DNA of 64,000 nucleotides from an uncultured Chloroflexia bacterium (GCA_963791725.1 CAWBTQ010000003.1:10516-74515), one strand, 5' to 3'. Positions 18,143 to 27,661 are shown, counted from the stretch's first letter. The notes: generated from the letters alone by a model not told the origin. Numbers and translations are program-made.

Positions 18143-19464
18143 TGGCGGTCGAACGCGCGCTCGACTCGGATCGACCTGCGATCGAGGGCTTGCTGAACGC
18201 AAACGAACTGCCGCTGGACGGGCTCGAGACCGCACTGCAGACAGCTGTCGTCGCCCGCGCCGCCGGGGGCGTCGTTGGTTGCGCGGCCATCGAGCCGTAC
18301 GGTCCGGTCGGGCTCCTACGGTCCGTCTGCGTCGCGGCCGAATTGCGCGGTTCGGGCGTAGGCAGCCGGCTTGTTGCCGCCGCCGAGGCCCTGGCGGCCG
18401 AGCGCGGCATCAAGGATCTCTACCTGCTGACCGAAACGGCCGAGTCGTGGTTTCCGCGCCTCGGCTATGTGGCGGCGGCGCGAAGCGCGGTCCCGGCGGA
18501 GCTGACGGCGTCACCGGAATTTGCAGGCGCATGCCCGGACAGCGCAGCGGTCCTGCACAAGCGCCTGCAGTCGTCTGCGGCGAGACTCGAGGAGCCGAAG
18601 CCGGGTGCCCGAACGAGCCAGGCAGCCACGACAGCCTCGGTGGCACCGGCGGCGACGTCCGGGCCTCAGCCCGCCGCCCTCGAGCCAGCCCCGGACCGGC
18701 TCCCGGCCGTCTACCTCGGCCACGGCGCGCCGAACCTGATCGACGACCAGCTCTGGCCGGTCGAGCTGGCCGCATGGGCAAAGGAGATGCCGCGCCCCAG
18801 GTCGATCCTGGTAGTGAGCGCACACTGGCAATCCGCGCCGCTCACCGTCGGGGCGGTCAACCGTGCGCCGCTCGTGTACGACTTCTACGGCTTCCCCGAG
18901 CGTTACTACCAGATCCGCTACGACTCCCCCGCCGCCCCGGATCTCGCGGCACGAATCAAGGCACTGATGCCGCCGAGCGAACCGGTGGCGCAACGCGAGC
19001 GCGGCCTGGACCACGGCGCATACGTGCCGCTGCTGGTCATGTATCCGGAGGCCGACATCCCTGTCTTGCAGATGTCGATGCCGGACCTGGCGCCACAGCG
19101 CCTCTTCGAAATCGGCCGGCGGCTGGCGCCCCTGCGCGACGAGGGCGTCCTGATCATGGGCAGCGGCTTCATGACCCACGGGCTGCCGTTCGTTCACGAC
19201 TACTGGGACGGCCGGCCGGGCGCGCCCGAATGGTCGGCCGAGTTCGACCTCTGGGCAGCCGAGATGCTCGAGAAGGGCGACGTCGACTCGCTGTTCGACT
19301 TCCGCAACAAGGCCCCCGGCATGCCTTTCGCCCATCCAACGGTCGAGCACTTCGCGCCGCTGTTTGTCGCGCTGGGCGCCGCGACCGACCCGACGGCGGC
19401 TCCGAAATTCACGATCGAGGGCTACTGGCTGGGCCTGGCCAAACGTTCGTTCGAGGTCCGCTGA
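18139..19464 (+). CDS. fusion protein: ArsN-like GNAT N-acetyltransferase (N-term, ~150 aa) + class III (LigB/DODA-type) extradiol ring-cleavage dioxygenase (C-term, ~270 aa)
   Basis: The start ATG at 18139 overlaps the arsM TGA (ATGA). GNAT core AIEPYGPVGLLRSVCVAAELRGSGVGSRLV. A Pro/Ala/Thr linker follows. The dioxygenase module matches the YgiD/DODA fold (LGHGAPN, SAHWQSAPL, MGSGFMTHGL, PTVEHFAPLFVALGA). One continuous frame. Confidence 0.8.
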   Translation: MMAVERALDSDRPAIEGLLNANELPLDGLETALQTAVVARAAGGVVGCAAIEPYGPVGLLRSVCVAAELRGSGVGSRLVAAAEALAAERGIKDLYLLTETAESWFPRLGYVAAARSAVPAELTASPEFAGACPDSAAVLHKRLQSSAARLEEPKPGARTSQAATTASVAPAATSGPQPAALEPAPDRLPAVYLGHGAPNLIDDQLWPVELAAWAKEMPRPRSILVVSAHWQSAPLTVGAVNRAPLVYDFYGFPERYYQIRYDSPAAPDLAARIKALMPPSEPVAQRERGLDHGAYVPLLVMYPEADIPVLQMSMPDLAPQRLFEIGRRLAPLRDEGVLIMGSGFMTHGLPFVHDYWDGRPGAPEWSAEFDLWAAEMLEKGDVDSLFDFRNKAPGMPFAHPTVEHFAPLFVALGAATDPTAAPKFTIEGYWLGLAKRSFEVR

Positions 19465-19642
19465 CGGGCTGAGGATTCGCCCGGGCCGGCGAAGCCGGCC
19501 GCCGATCGGCACGCGGCGTCAACGTTCTTGACCCGCGGCGCTGCCCTCCGGTACCATGCGCAGCGCTAATTCCGAGTAACTAAGTAAGAATTGCGCGCCG
19601 TGGCCGCCCGCCGCCGCGCCCCGTCCCTGCCGAGAGGAACAG

Positions 19643-20428
19643 ATGAGCTTTGCCCAGACGGTGATTCTTGCCGCGTTCGCCGGTGGGACGATATTCCTCG
19701 GTCTCCCGGTAGGCAGGATCCGCGGGCTGTCGCGCAGGTGGCAGGCGACGCTTACGACCACTTCTGGCGGCGTGATCCTGTTCCTCATCTACGACGTGCT
19801 CTCCCAGGCAGTACAGCCGGTGAGTCACGCGCTCGATGACGCGCGGAGCGGCGGCTCCCCCGCCACCTTCCTGGGCTATGCGGCCGTGCTCGGCACCAGC
19901 GTCGCGTGTGGACTGCTGTCGGTCACCTACGTGACCTCGAAGATGCCCGGCCGGCAGGGCGGCGCCGCCTCCATATCGCCGCGCCAGATTGCGATCGGCA
20001 CCGCGATCGGTCTGGGGTTGCACAACTTCTCAGAGGGCCTCGCCATCGGTCAGTCCGCCGCGACGGGTGCCACGTCGTTCGCGCTCTTGCTGGTCATGGG
20101 CTTCGCCCTCCACAACACGACCGAGGGATTCGCCATCGCCGCCCCACTGGGCCAGGGCGAGAAGCCGAGCTGGACCTTTCTCGGGGCCGCCGGGATCGTC
20201 GGCGGAGGGCCCACCTTCATGGGCGGCATCCTCGGCTATTCGATCGTATCGCCGACCCTCTCGATCCTATTTCTCGGGCTCGCCGCCGGTGCGCTCATCT
20301 TCGTCTTCAACGAGACCATGGCCGTGGCCCGCCGTTTCTCGCTGCCGATGGTGACCGGTGTTGCCCTGACCATCGGGCTCCTCGCCGCCTTCGGAACGGA
20401 CTTCCTCCTCTCGGCCGCGGGGGCCTGA
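19643..20428 (+). CDS. ZIP-family (ZupT-like) divalent metal transporter
   Basis: Signatures GLHNFSEGLAIG and HNTTEGFAIA. 8 TM. SD GAGAGGAA upstream. Confidence 0.85.
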   Translation: MSFAQTVILAAFAGGTIFLGLPVGRIRGLSRRWQATLTTTSGGVILFLIYDVLSQAVQPVSHALDDARSGGSPATFLGYAAVLGTSVACGLLSVTYVTSKMPGRQGGAASISPRQIAIGTAIGLGLHNFSEGLAIGQSAATGATSFALLLVMGFALHNTTEGFAIAAPLGQGEKPSWTFLGAAGIVGGGPTFMGGILGYSIVSPTLSILFLGLAAGALIFVFNETMAVARRFSLPMVTGVALTIGLLAAFGTDFLLSAAGA

Positions 20429-20450
20429 GGCGTCGGTCCTCTCCCGCGGC

Positions 20451-21587
20451 TCAGCCGGCGATCACCGGGTCGATCGGGTAGTCGAAGAGGATCTCGGCGG
20501 CGGCGGCGCCAACGCGATAGATGTCCTCGAACCGGACGCCCCCAAAGCCCGGGATCGCCAGGATCGTGTGGCCGATCGTAACCGTCATGCCCTCGACCAG
20601 CGGCAGGTTCCGGTGGGGAGGGATGATCGTCGACGCCGGCGGCTCCTCGAACCGCAGACCGATGCCGTGGCCGATGCCATAGACCTGGAGGTCACCGAAG
20701 CCGTGGGCGAGGCAAACCTCATGGGCGGCGCCGTCGAGCTGGGCGGTCGTGACGCCCGGTCGCATCTTCGCCCTGACGGCGGCGACTATCTCTCGGTATG
20801 CGGCGATGAGTTCCGCCTGCCGCGGGTCGGGCTCGCCGAGCACGAAGGTTCGAGCGAGGTTGGCGCAGTAGCCCTCGACCTGGGGCGTGAGGTCGACCAG
20901 GATGAGCTGGCCGCGTTCGAGCGAAGCCGGGCTGAGGCGGCCGTGGAGCATGCATGTCTCGAGCCCGAAGTTCACGTAGATCGGGGTGCTCGTATCCTCG
21001 GCCCCTGCCCGCATCATGGCGTAGGTCGCCTCGGTGGCCACTTCCTGCGCAGTGACGCCCGGCCGCAGCAGCTCACGGGCGCGATCCATGCCGAGGCCGG
21101 CGATCCGCTGAGCCTCGCTCAGGAGCGCCAGCTCGCCGTCCTCTTTGACGCTGCGGAGTGGGTCCATTACCGGGTCCGACGAGACGACCTCGACTCCCGG
21201 GTTTACCTGCTTGAACATATCGACGAGAAAGGCCGGCGTGTCGAACCACATCTGGAGACCGACCTTGAACCGGCCGTCTGTGGCCCACGAGGCCGGCGCG
21301 GCCACGGAGAGCTCCCGTATCCGGCCCACGACGTCGTGTATCTGCCCGCCGACGCTGCCGAAGACTCGGACCTCGCCGTCCACCAGCGCGGCGCGCAACT
21401 CCGGCTCCTCGCCGGTGAAGGCGATCAACTCGGGCGGTCCTTCGAAGGGTATTAGCGCTCTCGGCTGGGCTCGATCGGTCCCGAAGAGGTAGCGGTAGTC
21501 GTCGTGGTTGAGGATCACGATGGCGATCCAACCGCGCTCGCGCATCGACTCCTGGATCCGCCTTATCCGATCGAATCGAACCTTCAA
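20451..21587 (-). CDS. M24-family Xaa-Pro aminopeptidase/dipeptidase (creatinase-N + pita-bread domain), intact copy
   Basis: 378 aa. Metal ligands in HGIGHGIGLRFEEPP and GMTVTIGHTI. Apparent TTG start at 21587. Confidence 0.85.
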   Translation of the reverse strand: MKVRFDRIRRIQESMRERGWIAIVILNHDDYRYLFGTDRAQPRALIPFEGPPELIAFTGEEPELRAALVDGEVRVFGSVGGQIHDVVGRIRELSVAAPASWATDGRFKVGLQMWFDTPAFLVDMFKQVNPGVEVVSSDPVMDPLRSVKEDGELALLSEAQRIAGLGMDRARELLRPGVTAQEVATEATYAMMRAGAEDTSTPIYVNFGLETCMLHGRLSPASLERGQLILVDLTPQVEGYCANLARTFVLGEPDPRQAELIAAYREIVAAVRAKMRPGVTTAQLDGAAHEVCLAHGFGDLQVYGIGHGIGLRFEEPPASTIIPPHRNLPLVEGMTVTIGHTILAIPGFGGVRFEDIYRVGAAAAEILFDYPIDPVIAG

Positions 21588-21800
21588 TCTCGTGCTCCCA
21601 TGAAGCTGCCGGCAGACGGGCCGGAGACTCGACCGAGACTCCGTCCGCGCCCACGCCGGGCGAGCGACCGACTACACCGAGGCCAGCATAGACCAGCGGC
21701 GCCGGAGGTCAGAATTCCAGCGGAGCGATACGAGATTGCGTGGTGGATGCGCTCAATCTTCGGCGGGGCGCCCGGTGCGGCCGGCCCGACCCGCGGCCGG

Positions 21801-22199
21801 TCAGAGCCCGAGCAGCTTGCGCTTGGCGGCCGTGAACTCCTCATCGGTCAGTTCGCCGCGGCCGTGCATCTCCGAGAGCTGACGCAGCCCATCGAGCCCC
21901 TCGCCGGTTGGACTCTGCGGAGGCGTCGGGGGCATCGAGGCAGGCCGGGAAGACCCCGCGAAGAGCCAGCTGAACAGGACGAACGCGAGGAAACCGAACA
22001 GGAGCAGCGGGATCAGGCCCCACAGCCCGTAGCCCCAACCGCCCCAGCCCATCCTTCCGTAGCCCCTCATGGGCCCGAAGAACGTCACCGGCCCGCCGGT
22101 GCCGCTGGCCCCGTAGTTGTAGGCGACCACGCCGATCACCCCTACCACGACGATGACGACGACCAGGCCTAGGAGAAGACGAGCAACCTTGCGGTTCAT
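21801..22199 (-). CDS. SHOCT-domain membrane protein
   Basis: Two TM helices around a Trp/Gly-rich loop. C-terminal SHOCT motif LSEMHGRGELTDEEFTAAKRKLLGL. Confidence 0.7.
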   Translation of the reverse strand: MNRKVARLLLGLVVVIVVVGVIGVVAYNYGASGTGGPVTFFGPMRGYGRMGWGGWGYGLWGLIPLLLFGFLAFVLFSWLFAGSSRPASMPPTPPQSPTGEGLDGLRQLSEMHGRGELTDEEFTAAKRKLLGL

Positions 22200-22369
22200 C
22201 CGGGCTACCTTTCGAATTCGTGTGTCCGTTCAGTATTCTGCATCGCGGGGGCTGAACCAGGTCTGAATGCCCGACGGGTTGCGGGCGGCGCGTTCCGGGC
22301 GGCGCATCGAGCCGCTGATACCATCCCCTCAGGTGCAGTGCCGGACGCACTGCCGTCGCACGGGCACCG

Positions 22370-23020
22370 ATGACGGAGCACGAGCCGATGGGTCTGGGTC
22401 CCGAGTATCCGGGCGGCGCTTCGCCGGAGCCCGAGGTCGGGCCCGACGTCAACCGGATCGGCCCCAATCAGCCCTCGGGCTGGATTGCGCCGGCCCCGGG
22501 CATGGGCCGGCCGGCTCAGTACGCCGCGCCCGCGTGGGGCTACCAGCCGGCCTATGCAGCCGCGGCGTATGCCCCGCCGGGGCCGGCACCAGGTCTGCAG
22601 TGGGCCGGGATCGCGGTCAGGCTGGGTGCGCTGCTGATCGATGCGGTGATCGTTGCGGGTTCGGAGATCGTGCTGAGTGCGGCATTGGCCGGCGGAAGTG
22701 CCTCGTCAGAGTGGGCCGGCTCCGGGTCGGCGACGTTCCTATCGCTCGTGTGGTGGCTCTTCGCACTGTCCTACTTCCCGGCGTGCTGGTACATCTTTGG
22801 CGCCAGCCTCGGTCAGAAGGTCCTCGGCTTGAGAGTCGTCCGGGCAGCCGACGGACTGCCACTCGAGATCGGTGCCGTCCTCGTCCGTTACCTGATCTTC
22901 TTCACGGCCACGATCGTGTTCCCGATCGGGATCGTCTCGGGCATCGTGGCGCGGGCCGAGCCGCACAAACGTGCCTGGCACGACGACGTCGCCGGGACAG
23001 TCGTGGTCCGGCGCTACTGA
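22370..23020 (+). CDS. RDD-family membrane protein with Pro/Ala/Tyr-rich N-terminal region
   Basis: RDD-like core (IAVRLGALLIDAVIV ... three TM). 216 aa. Confidence 0.7.
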   Translation: MTEHEPMGLGPEYPGGASPEPEVGPDVNRIGPNQPSGWIAPAPGMGRPAQYAAPAWGYQPAYAAAAYAPPGPAPGLQWAGIAVRLGALLIDAVIVAGSEIVLSAALAGGSASSEWAGSGSATFLSLVWWLFALSYFPACWYIFGASLGQKVLGLRVVRAADGLPLEIGAVLVRYLIFFTATIVFPIGIVSGIVARAEPHKRAWHDDVAGTVVVRRY

Positions 23021-23080
23021 CCGCCGAACAACGCAAGGATCGTCGAACTTGGGGGAAGCCTCCACGAAAGGGGAGCTCGC

Positions 23081-23440
23081 TTGAACGTCGGGGCCTACCT
23101 CGGCGACATGGGCGCTTCAGCCTTGTTGTTCTATTTCCTGGCTCTCGCATCGACCGACCTGGCAATGGATTTGCTCCGCGTGACGTCAGCCGCGCTGCCA
23201 AGCTGGGCGAGGGGTATAACAGCCCTCATGCTCCGCAGGTACGCCATGGAGTTCGAGGCGTGGCAGCGATGGGTCCGGCGGGTATTTGATTGCCTCTTGC
23301 TATCGGTCTGCTTGGCGCTCCCGGCATACCTTTTCATCAAGAACCCTGACGCCACCCGGATCGTGTGGGTGCTCGCCGAATGCGCCTTCATTGGATGGTT
23401 CGCGTACCTGATCAGGCTGCCCCGAGAACACCCCATCTGA
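23081..23440 (+). CDS. hypothetical small membrane protein (TTG start), lower-GC gene
   Basis: 119 aa. 3 TM. GGGGAG SD-like upstream. Local GC is clearly below the window mean, and the 23440-23680 spacer is also GC-poor. Confidence 0.4.
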   Translation: MNVGAYLGDMGASALLFYFLALASTDLAMDLLRVTSAALPSWARGITALMLRRYAMEFEAWQRWVRRVFDCLLLSVCLALPAYLFIKNPDATRIVWVLAECAFIGWFAYLIRLPREHPI

Positions 23441-23678
23441 GTGCTCGTTCTGATGACATTTCTGCACGCTAGCCAACGACGGCATCGCCCCACCGGTGCT
23501 CGCGGTCGCGGCCTCCGACGACTTATGAGCCGTTCGGCACTTGCGTAGCTGGCATCAGACCGAATGCTGGCGCGCGGACGGGGAGCTATGACGTGCGGCC
23601 TTAACAGCTGCCGCCGGGACTGCGCCGAGCCACTGGCAAGACCTACCGGCACGCCGCCGAACGGAGAGGGGCCGGGTA

Positions 23679-24191
23679 ATGGACACCAATCCTGGACGCG
23701 TTCACCTGCTTGTTGGTCTTATTGCCGCTTTGGCCCTAGCCGCGTGTAGTGGAGGGGCCGCCCCAACGACATCCCCAACGGCGAACGTACAGCCTTCGCC
23801 CACGGCCGCGGACAGCACCGTCGCTGTGCACGGCGTGGAGGATTGCCAGATCATCGACGCGGTCTACGAGGGCACGACTGACCGCGAACGGTTCCACTGC
23901 CAGGAAACCACCTCGGACGCCAGACTCAATGGCGAATGGGAGACCTGGTACGTCACGGAGGAGACCGGGGGCGGCCTCGGCACATGGACCGGCGAGCTCG
24001 TCATGACGAACTCGGGCGGCACCTGGCGTGGCAAGGCCTCGGGCACCACAACCGGCATACCTGGCAATCCCGTGAACCTCGGCCTCGTCGTGTGGGTCGG
24101 CGAGGGCGGCTATTCCGGACTGACCTACCACGAGTTCGTCTATGGCTCGAACGATCGGCTGGACACCGCCGGCTGGGTGGAACCCTCGTAG
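23679..24191 (+). CDS. hypothetical lipoprotein
   Basis: Lipobox LALAAC-S. 170 aa. Gly/Thr-rich beta-type sequence. Confidence 0.6.
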   Translation: MDTNPGRVHLLVGLIAALALAACSGGAAPTTSPTANVQPSPTAADSTVAVHGVEDCQIIDAVYEGTTDRERFHCQETTSDARLNGEWETWYVTEETGGGLGTWTGELVMTNSGGTWRGKASGTTTGIPGNPVNLGLVVWVGEGGYSGLTYHEFVYGSNDRLDTAGWVEPS

Positions 24192-24334
24192 GACCAGGGC
24201 CGGCGTCGAGCCAGCTCTGGTGACATTGACGCACCCTTGCCAACGGCGGCGTCCCCGCACAGCCGCGCGCCACCGGCAGAGTGGAGCGGGCGCGGGCGAT
24301 CCATCCGAAGCACCCGCGCCCACCCGAGAGGGAA

Positions 24335-25069
24335 TTACTTGCCGGTGATCGTCACGTCGGTGGCGGTGCGCGAGATCGCGCCCGGACTCGCGCTTGCGGA
24401 GGCTGTGCCGGGACTCGCCGCAGCGCCGGACGTCTGGACGACGACGGTGGCGCCGGTTGTCACGTCCGTACCCGTGGCCGAGGTTTGGCTGTGGTAGGAG
24501 GTCGACGATCCGGTCGCGATGGTGACGGTCTGGCCGTCCGCCTCCTTGATCGTTATCGAGTCCGCGGTGACGCTTACGACCGTGCCCGAAACGATGGCCG
24601 TACCGGTTCCCGGTCCACCCAGGCCGTCCCCGCGCAGACCCGGGGCGCCGCTGGCACCGGGGTCGAAGGCCGAGACGCCGGTTTGGGGGTCGCTCGCCGT
24701 CTGGCTCGCGGCGGAGGAGGTCATGCGACCGACGGCGAAGCTGACGCCGCCCAGGGCGACCAGGACGGAGACCGCGAGCAGAACCGTCGTGGAGGTCGGC
24801 CGGCGCCCGGGCGGCCGCACGCGCACGGGGTGCGCAACGCCCACGCCCGAGACGATGGCCGCGAGATTGGGCGAGCCCTCCAGTTGATCCGGCCCGTCGG
24901 CTGCCGTGAGCTCCGGCGCGGCCTCGCCCGAACTGGAGCCCGAAGTCGCCGGCGGGTGTTCCTCCTCGATCGCCTGCGGTTCTTCCTCCCCGGGCGTCGG
25001 CGGCTGCCAGACAAGTGCCTCGGCCCCGGCTGGCATGCCGGCAGCACGATCCCCAACCGGGGTAGTCAT
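24335..25069 (-). CDS. exported Ser/Thr/Gly-rich protein, DUF5666-like C-terminal beta domain
   Basis: Likely start MTTPVGDR (25069). Single TM/signal anchor. C-terminal repeats ...TVVSVTADSITIKEADGQTVTIATG... ending TATDVTITGK*. Confidence 0.5.
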   Translation of the reverse strand: MTTPVGDRAAGMPAGAEALVWQPPTPGEEEPQAIEEEHPPATSGSSSGEAAPELTAADGPDQLEGSPNLAAIVSGVGVAHPVRVRPPGRRPTSTTVLLAVSVLVALGGVSFAVGRMTSSAASQTASDPQTGVSAFDPGASGAPGLRGDGLGGPGTGTAIVSGTVVSVTADSITIKEADGQTVTIATGSSTSYHSQTSATGTDVTTGATVVVQTSGAAASPGTASASASPGAISRTATDVTITGK

Positions 25070-25452
25070 GTCATCGCCTCCTTGAGTCGCCGGCCCTGGT
25101 CCCGTCCGGCGCGGCCCGACACCGCGAGTCAGCCGCCGGCCCGACTGGCAGCGGCTCCGGCGTTCATGCCCGTAGCTTGCTTCGACATTGCTGTCGAACG
25201 GGTTACGGAGGCATGTGCTCGGCAACTGATTCGAGCGAGTCTTCCAGCCGGAGGAGGTCTATTTGCTCGTGATGGTCACGCTCGTGGCGATGCGCGTGAC
25301 GGCGCCGCGATTGGAGTCTCCAAAGCCCTCCGAACCGCGCTCGCGACCGCCCGAACCGATGGCCCGGGTTTCCTGAAACCAGCTTGCAAAGAAGTTCGTC
25401 TCGCCGGGCGCGACTCGGAGGGACGAGACCAACCACGGAAGGGCCGTGCGGG

Positions 25453-26760
25453 TTAGTCCGCCGAGTGCGAATCCCGATGCCCGCTCATTGATCGGGGCCA
25501 GCTGACGCTGACGCTCGCGCCGCCCGCGGGAGAAGTGCCGATGTGCCACCTGCCACCTGTGGCCCGAACGATGGCATCGGCGATGGCCAGACCAAGCCCG
25601 GAGCCGCCGGGTTGGTCCGTGGCGCGGTGAAACCTGTCGAAGACGCGGCCGCGTTCCGCCTCCGCGATGCCGGGCCCGGAGTCGTCCACGCTCAGTCGGA
25701 CCCGCCGGCCCTCGGCGACCACACCCACGGCGACGGAGCCGCCTTCGGGCGAGTACCTGCAGGCGTTGTCGAGCAGTATCCCAACCAGTCGATCCAGCCA
25801 TTCGGGCGGCGCGGTAACGATCGCGTCGACGCCTGCCGCATCCGGCTGAAGCGCGAGGCTCTGGCCGCGAGTCTCCGCGACCGCGCTGAACCGGTCGGCC
25901 GTCTGGGCCGCCAGGATGCGGAGGTCTACCGGCTCCGACTGGGGCTGGGCTCCGGTGGAGTCGAAGCGAGCCAGCCACAGCATGTCGTCGACCAGCCGCC
26001 GCGTCCGCTTGAGCTCGGAGTCGATGCGTCCGAACGCCGTGGAATCCCAGGCCGCGTCGCGGTTGCGTGCCAGGGCCAGCGATGCCTGGGCCTCGATGAC
26101 CGAGAGCGGCGTCCGGAGCTCATGCGAGGCGTCGGCCGTGAACTCCAGCTGGCGCTGCCGCGCCCGCTCGATCGGCATGGCCACCCGCCGGCCGACCGCC
26201 ACGGAGCCGAGGAACACGAAGATCAGCAGTGCGCAGCCGATGCCGATCTCGGCCACGATCAGAGTCGACTCGGCCTGGGACGCGCTGTCCAGCGACTGAC
26301 CGACCACCAGCCGCGAGTCGCCGACGACCTGGCCGGCTATCCGGTAGCTGACGCCGTCGATCGATACGGTAGTCGGGGTCGTGACCGAGGAGTCCGCGGC
26401 GGGCAGCTCGAGGCTGTTGAGGCCCTGGCCGGTGGCCGTGCCATCCGCATCGACTCGCCACAGGAGTACGGGCAGGGCGTGCGGGTCCTGGCGCGTCGGA
26501 TCGAAACCGGGACCACCGAGACCGCCGCCTGCCCCTCCGCCCGGCTGGTCGATGCTGGCCATGCCGTTCAGCGCCTGGGTGAGATGCTGGTCGACCGAGG
26601 CGGTCAGGTCGTTCATGACGATAACCGCAACGACCACCGCGATCAGCACGTAAGTGACGGCTACCACGGCGCCGGCCGCCATGGCCACGCGAATCGTGAG
26701 CATCGCGACCGACGGTCCGGCCGGTCCTCCCTCGGAATGGCCCCGGCCAAACGCCTTCAC
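25453..26760 (-). CDS. sensor histidine kinase (HAMP-HisKA-HATPase_c)
   Basis: H-box SHELRTPLSVIEAQ. N/G1/G2 boxes (LLDNACRYSPEGG, DDSGPGI, GGSGLGLAIA). GTG start at 26760 with GGAGG SD; it overlaps the response-regulator stop (GTGA). Confidence 0.85.
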   Translation of the reverse strand: MKAFGRGHSEGGPAGPSVAMLTIRVAMAAGAVVAVTYVLIAVVVAVIVMNDLTASVDQHLTQALNGMASIDQPGGGAGGGLGGPGFDPTRQDPHALPVLLWRVDADGTATGQGLNSLELPAADSSVTTPTTVSIDGVSYRIAGQVVGDSRLVVGQSLDSASQAESTLIVAEIGIGCALLIFVFLGSVAVGRRVAMPIERARQRQLEFTADASHELRTPLSVIEAQASLALARNRDAAWDSTAFGRIDSELKRTRRLVDDMLWLARFDSTGAQPQSEPVDLRILAAQTADRFSAVAETRGQSLALQPDAAGVDAIVTAPPEWLDRLVGILLDNACRYSPEGGSVAVGVVAEGRRVRLSVDDSGPGIAEAERGRVFDRFHRATDQPGGSGLGLAIADAIVRATGGRWHIGTSPAGGASVSVSWPRSMSGHRDSHSAD

Positions 26761-27425
26761 GCTTCCTCCAGCCGGTAGCCGGCACCGCGAACCGTGACGA
26801 TGCGTATCCCGGCGTTCGGCAGCTTGGCCCGCAGCCGGCTCAGCTGGACGTCGATGGCGTTCGAGCCCAGGGGATCGGTTTCGTCGTCCCAACCGTGTTC
26901 GGCGATCGCCTTGCGATCCACCACTGCCGGCGAGCGCCGCATCAGGAGCTCGAGGATCTTGTATTCCGTCGCCGTCAGGGCGAGGGGAGCCTCACCGACG
27001 GTAACCGTGCGCCGGATCGGGTCCAGGGAGAGAGAGCCGCGCGCAATCACGGGCGCATCGACTCCCCTTGGTCGGCGTTGCAGCGCCCGGATGCGGGCCA
27101 GCAGCTCGCCGAAGTCGAAGGGCTTTACCAGATAGTCGTCGGCGCCCGCGTCGAGGCCGCGGATCCGATCCGGTGGCGCGTCCCGGGCGGTCAGCATCAG
27201 CATGGCGGTCGGCTTGTTCTGCTTGCGGGCCCAGGCGACGACGTCGATCCCCTCTACGCCCGGCATCCGCCAGTCCACGACGGCAACGTCGTAGTCGTAG
27301 AACTTGAGCAGATCTATGGCGTCGTCACCGCGCTCCGCGGCATCGACCTGATAGCCGTAGTCCCTGAGACCGAGGACGAGGACCTGACGGAGACCTGGAT
27401 CGTCCTCGGCGACTAAGACGCGCAT
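26757..27425 (-). CDS. OmpR-family response regulator
   Basis: REC domain (MRVLVAEDDP...D at DVAVVDWRMPG). Winged-helix trans_reg_C (...AIDVQLSRLRAKL...VRGAGYRL). Confidence 0.9.
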   Translation of the reverse strand: MRVLVAEDDPGLRQVLVLGLRDYGYQVDAAERGDDAIDLLKFYDYDVAVVDWRMPGVEGIDVVAWARKQNKPTAMLMLTARDAPPDRIRGLDAGADDYLVKPFDFGELLARIRALQRRPRGVDAPVIARGSLSLDPIRRTVTVGEAPLALTATEYKILELLMRRSPAVVDRKAIAEHGWDDETDPLGSNAIDVQLSRLRAKLPNAGIRIVTVRGAGYRLEEA

Positions 27426-27661
27426 CGTTGTCCCCCGTTTGCCGCGGCCGACCTGCCGACGGCAGGCTCGGAGTGGCGGCTCTCAGGCGCCGCAATCGTA
27501 CCGCCGGGTCTGGCAGGGTCTAACCCGAGGCCGGGACCTTCGAGGCTGATGTGGTGCCTGACCGATGTTGCTCCCATAAACGAAAGACTTGCGGAGGCCG
27601 CCTTTCGGAACGGTTACGGGTGCGAACCGAGGCCTCAGACCTGTGTGTTACGCAGCAGAAC

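Noticed and set aside
18048-19472. 474-aa Arg-rich ORF overlapping the ArsN-dioxygenase fusion
   Set aside because: Out-of-frame read of a well-supported gene. The composition is dominated by R, G, P, A.
26761-26892. Further 5' extension of the histidine kinase
   Set aside because: A GTG at 26760 has a GGAGG SD and a 4-nt overlap with the response-regulator stop. The extension would run deep into the regulator gene.
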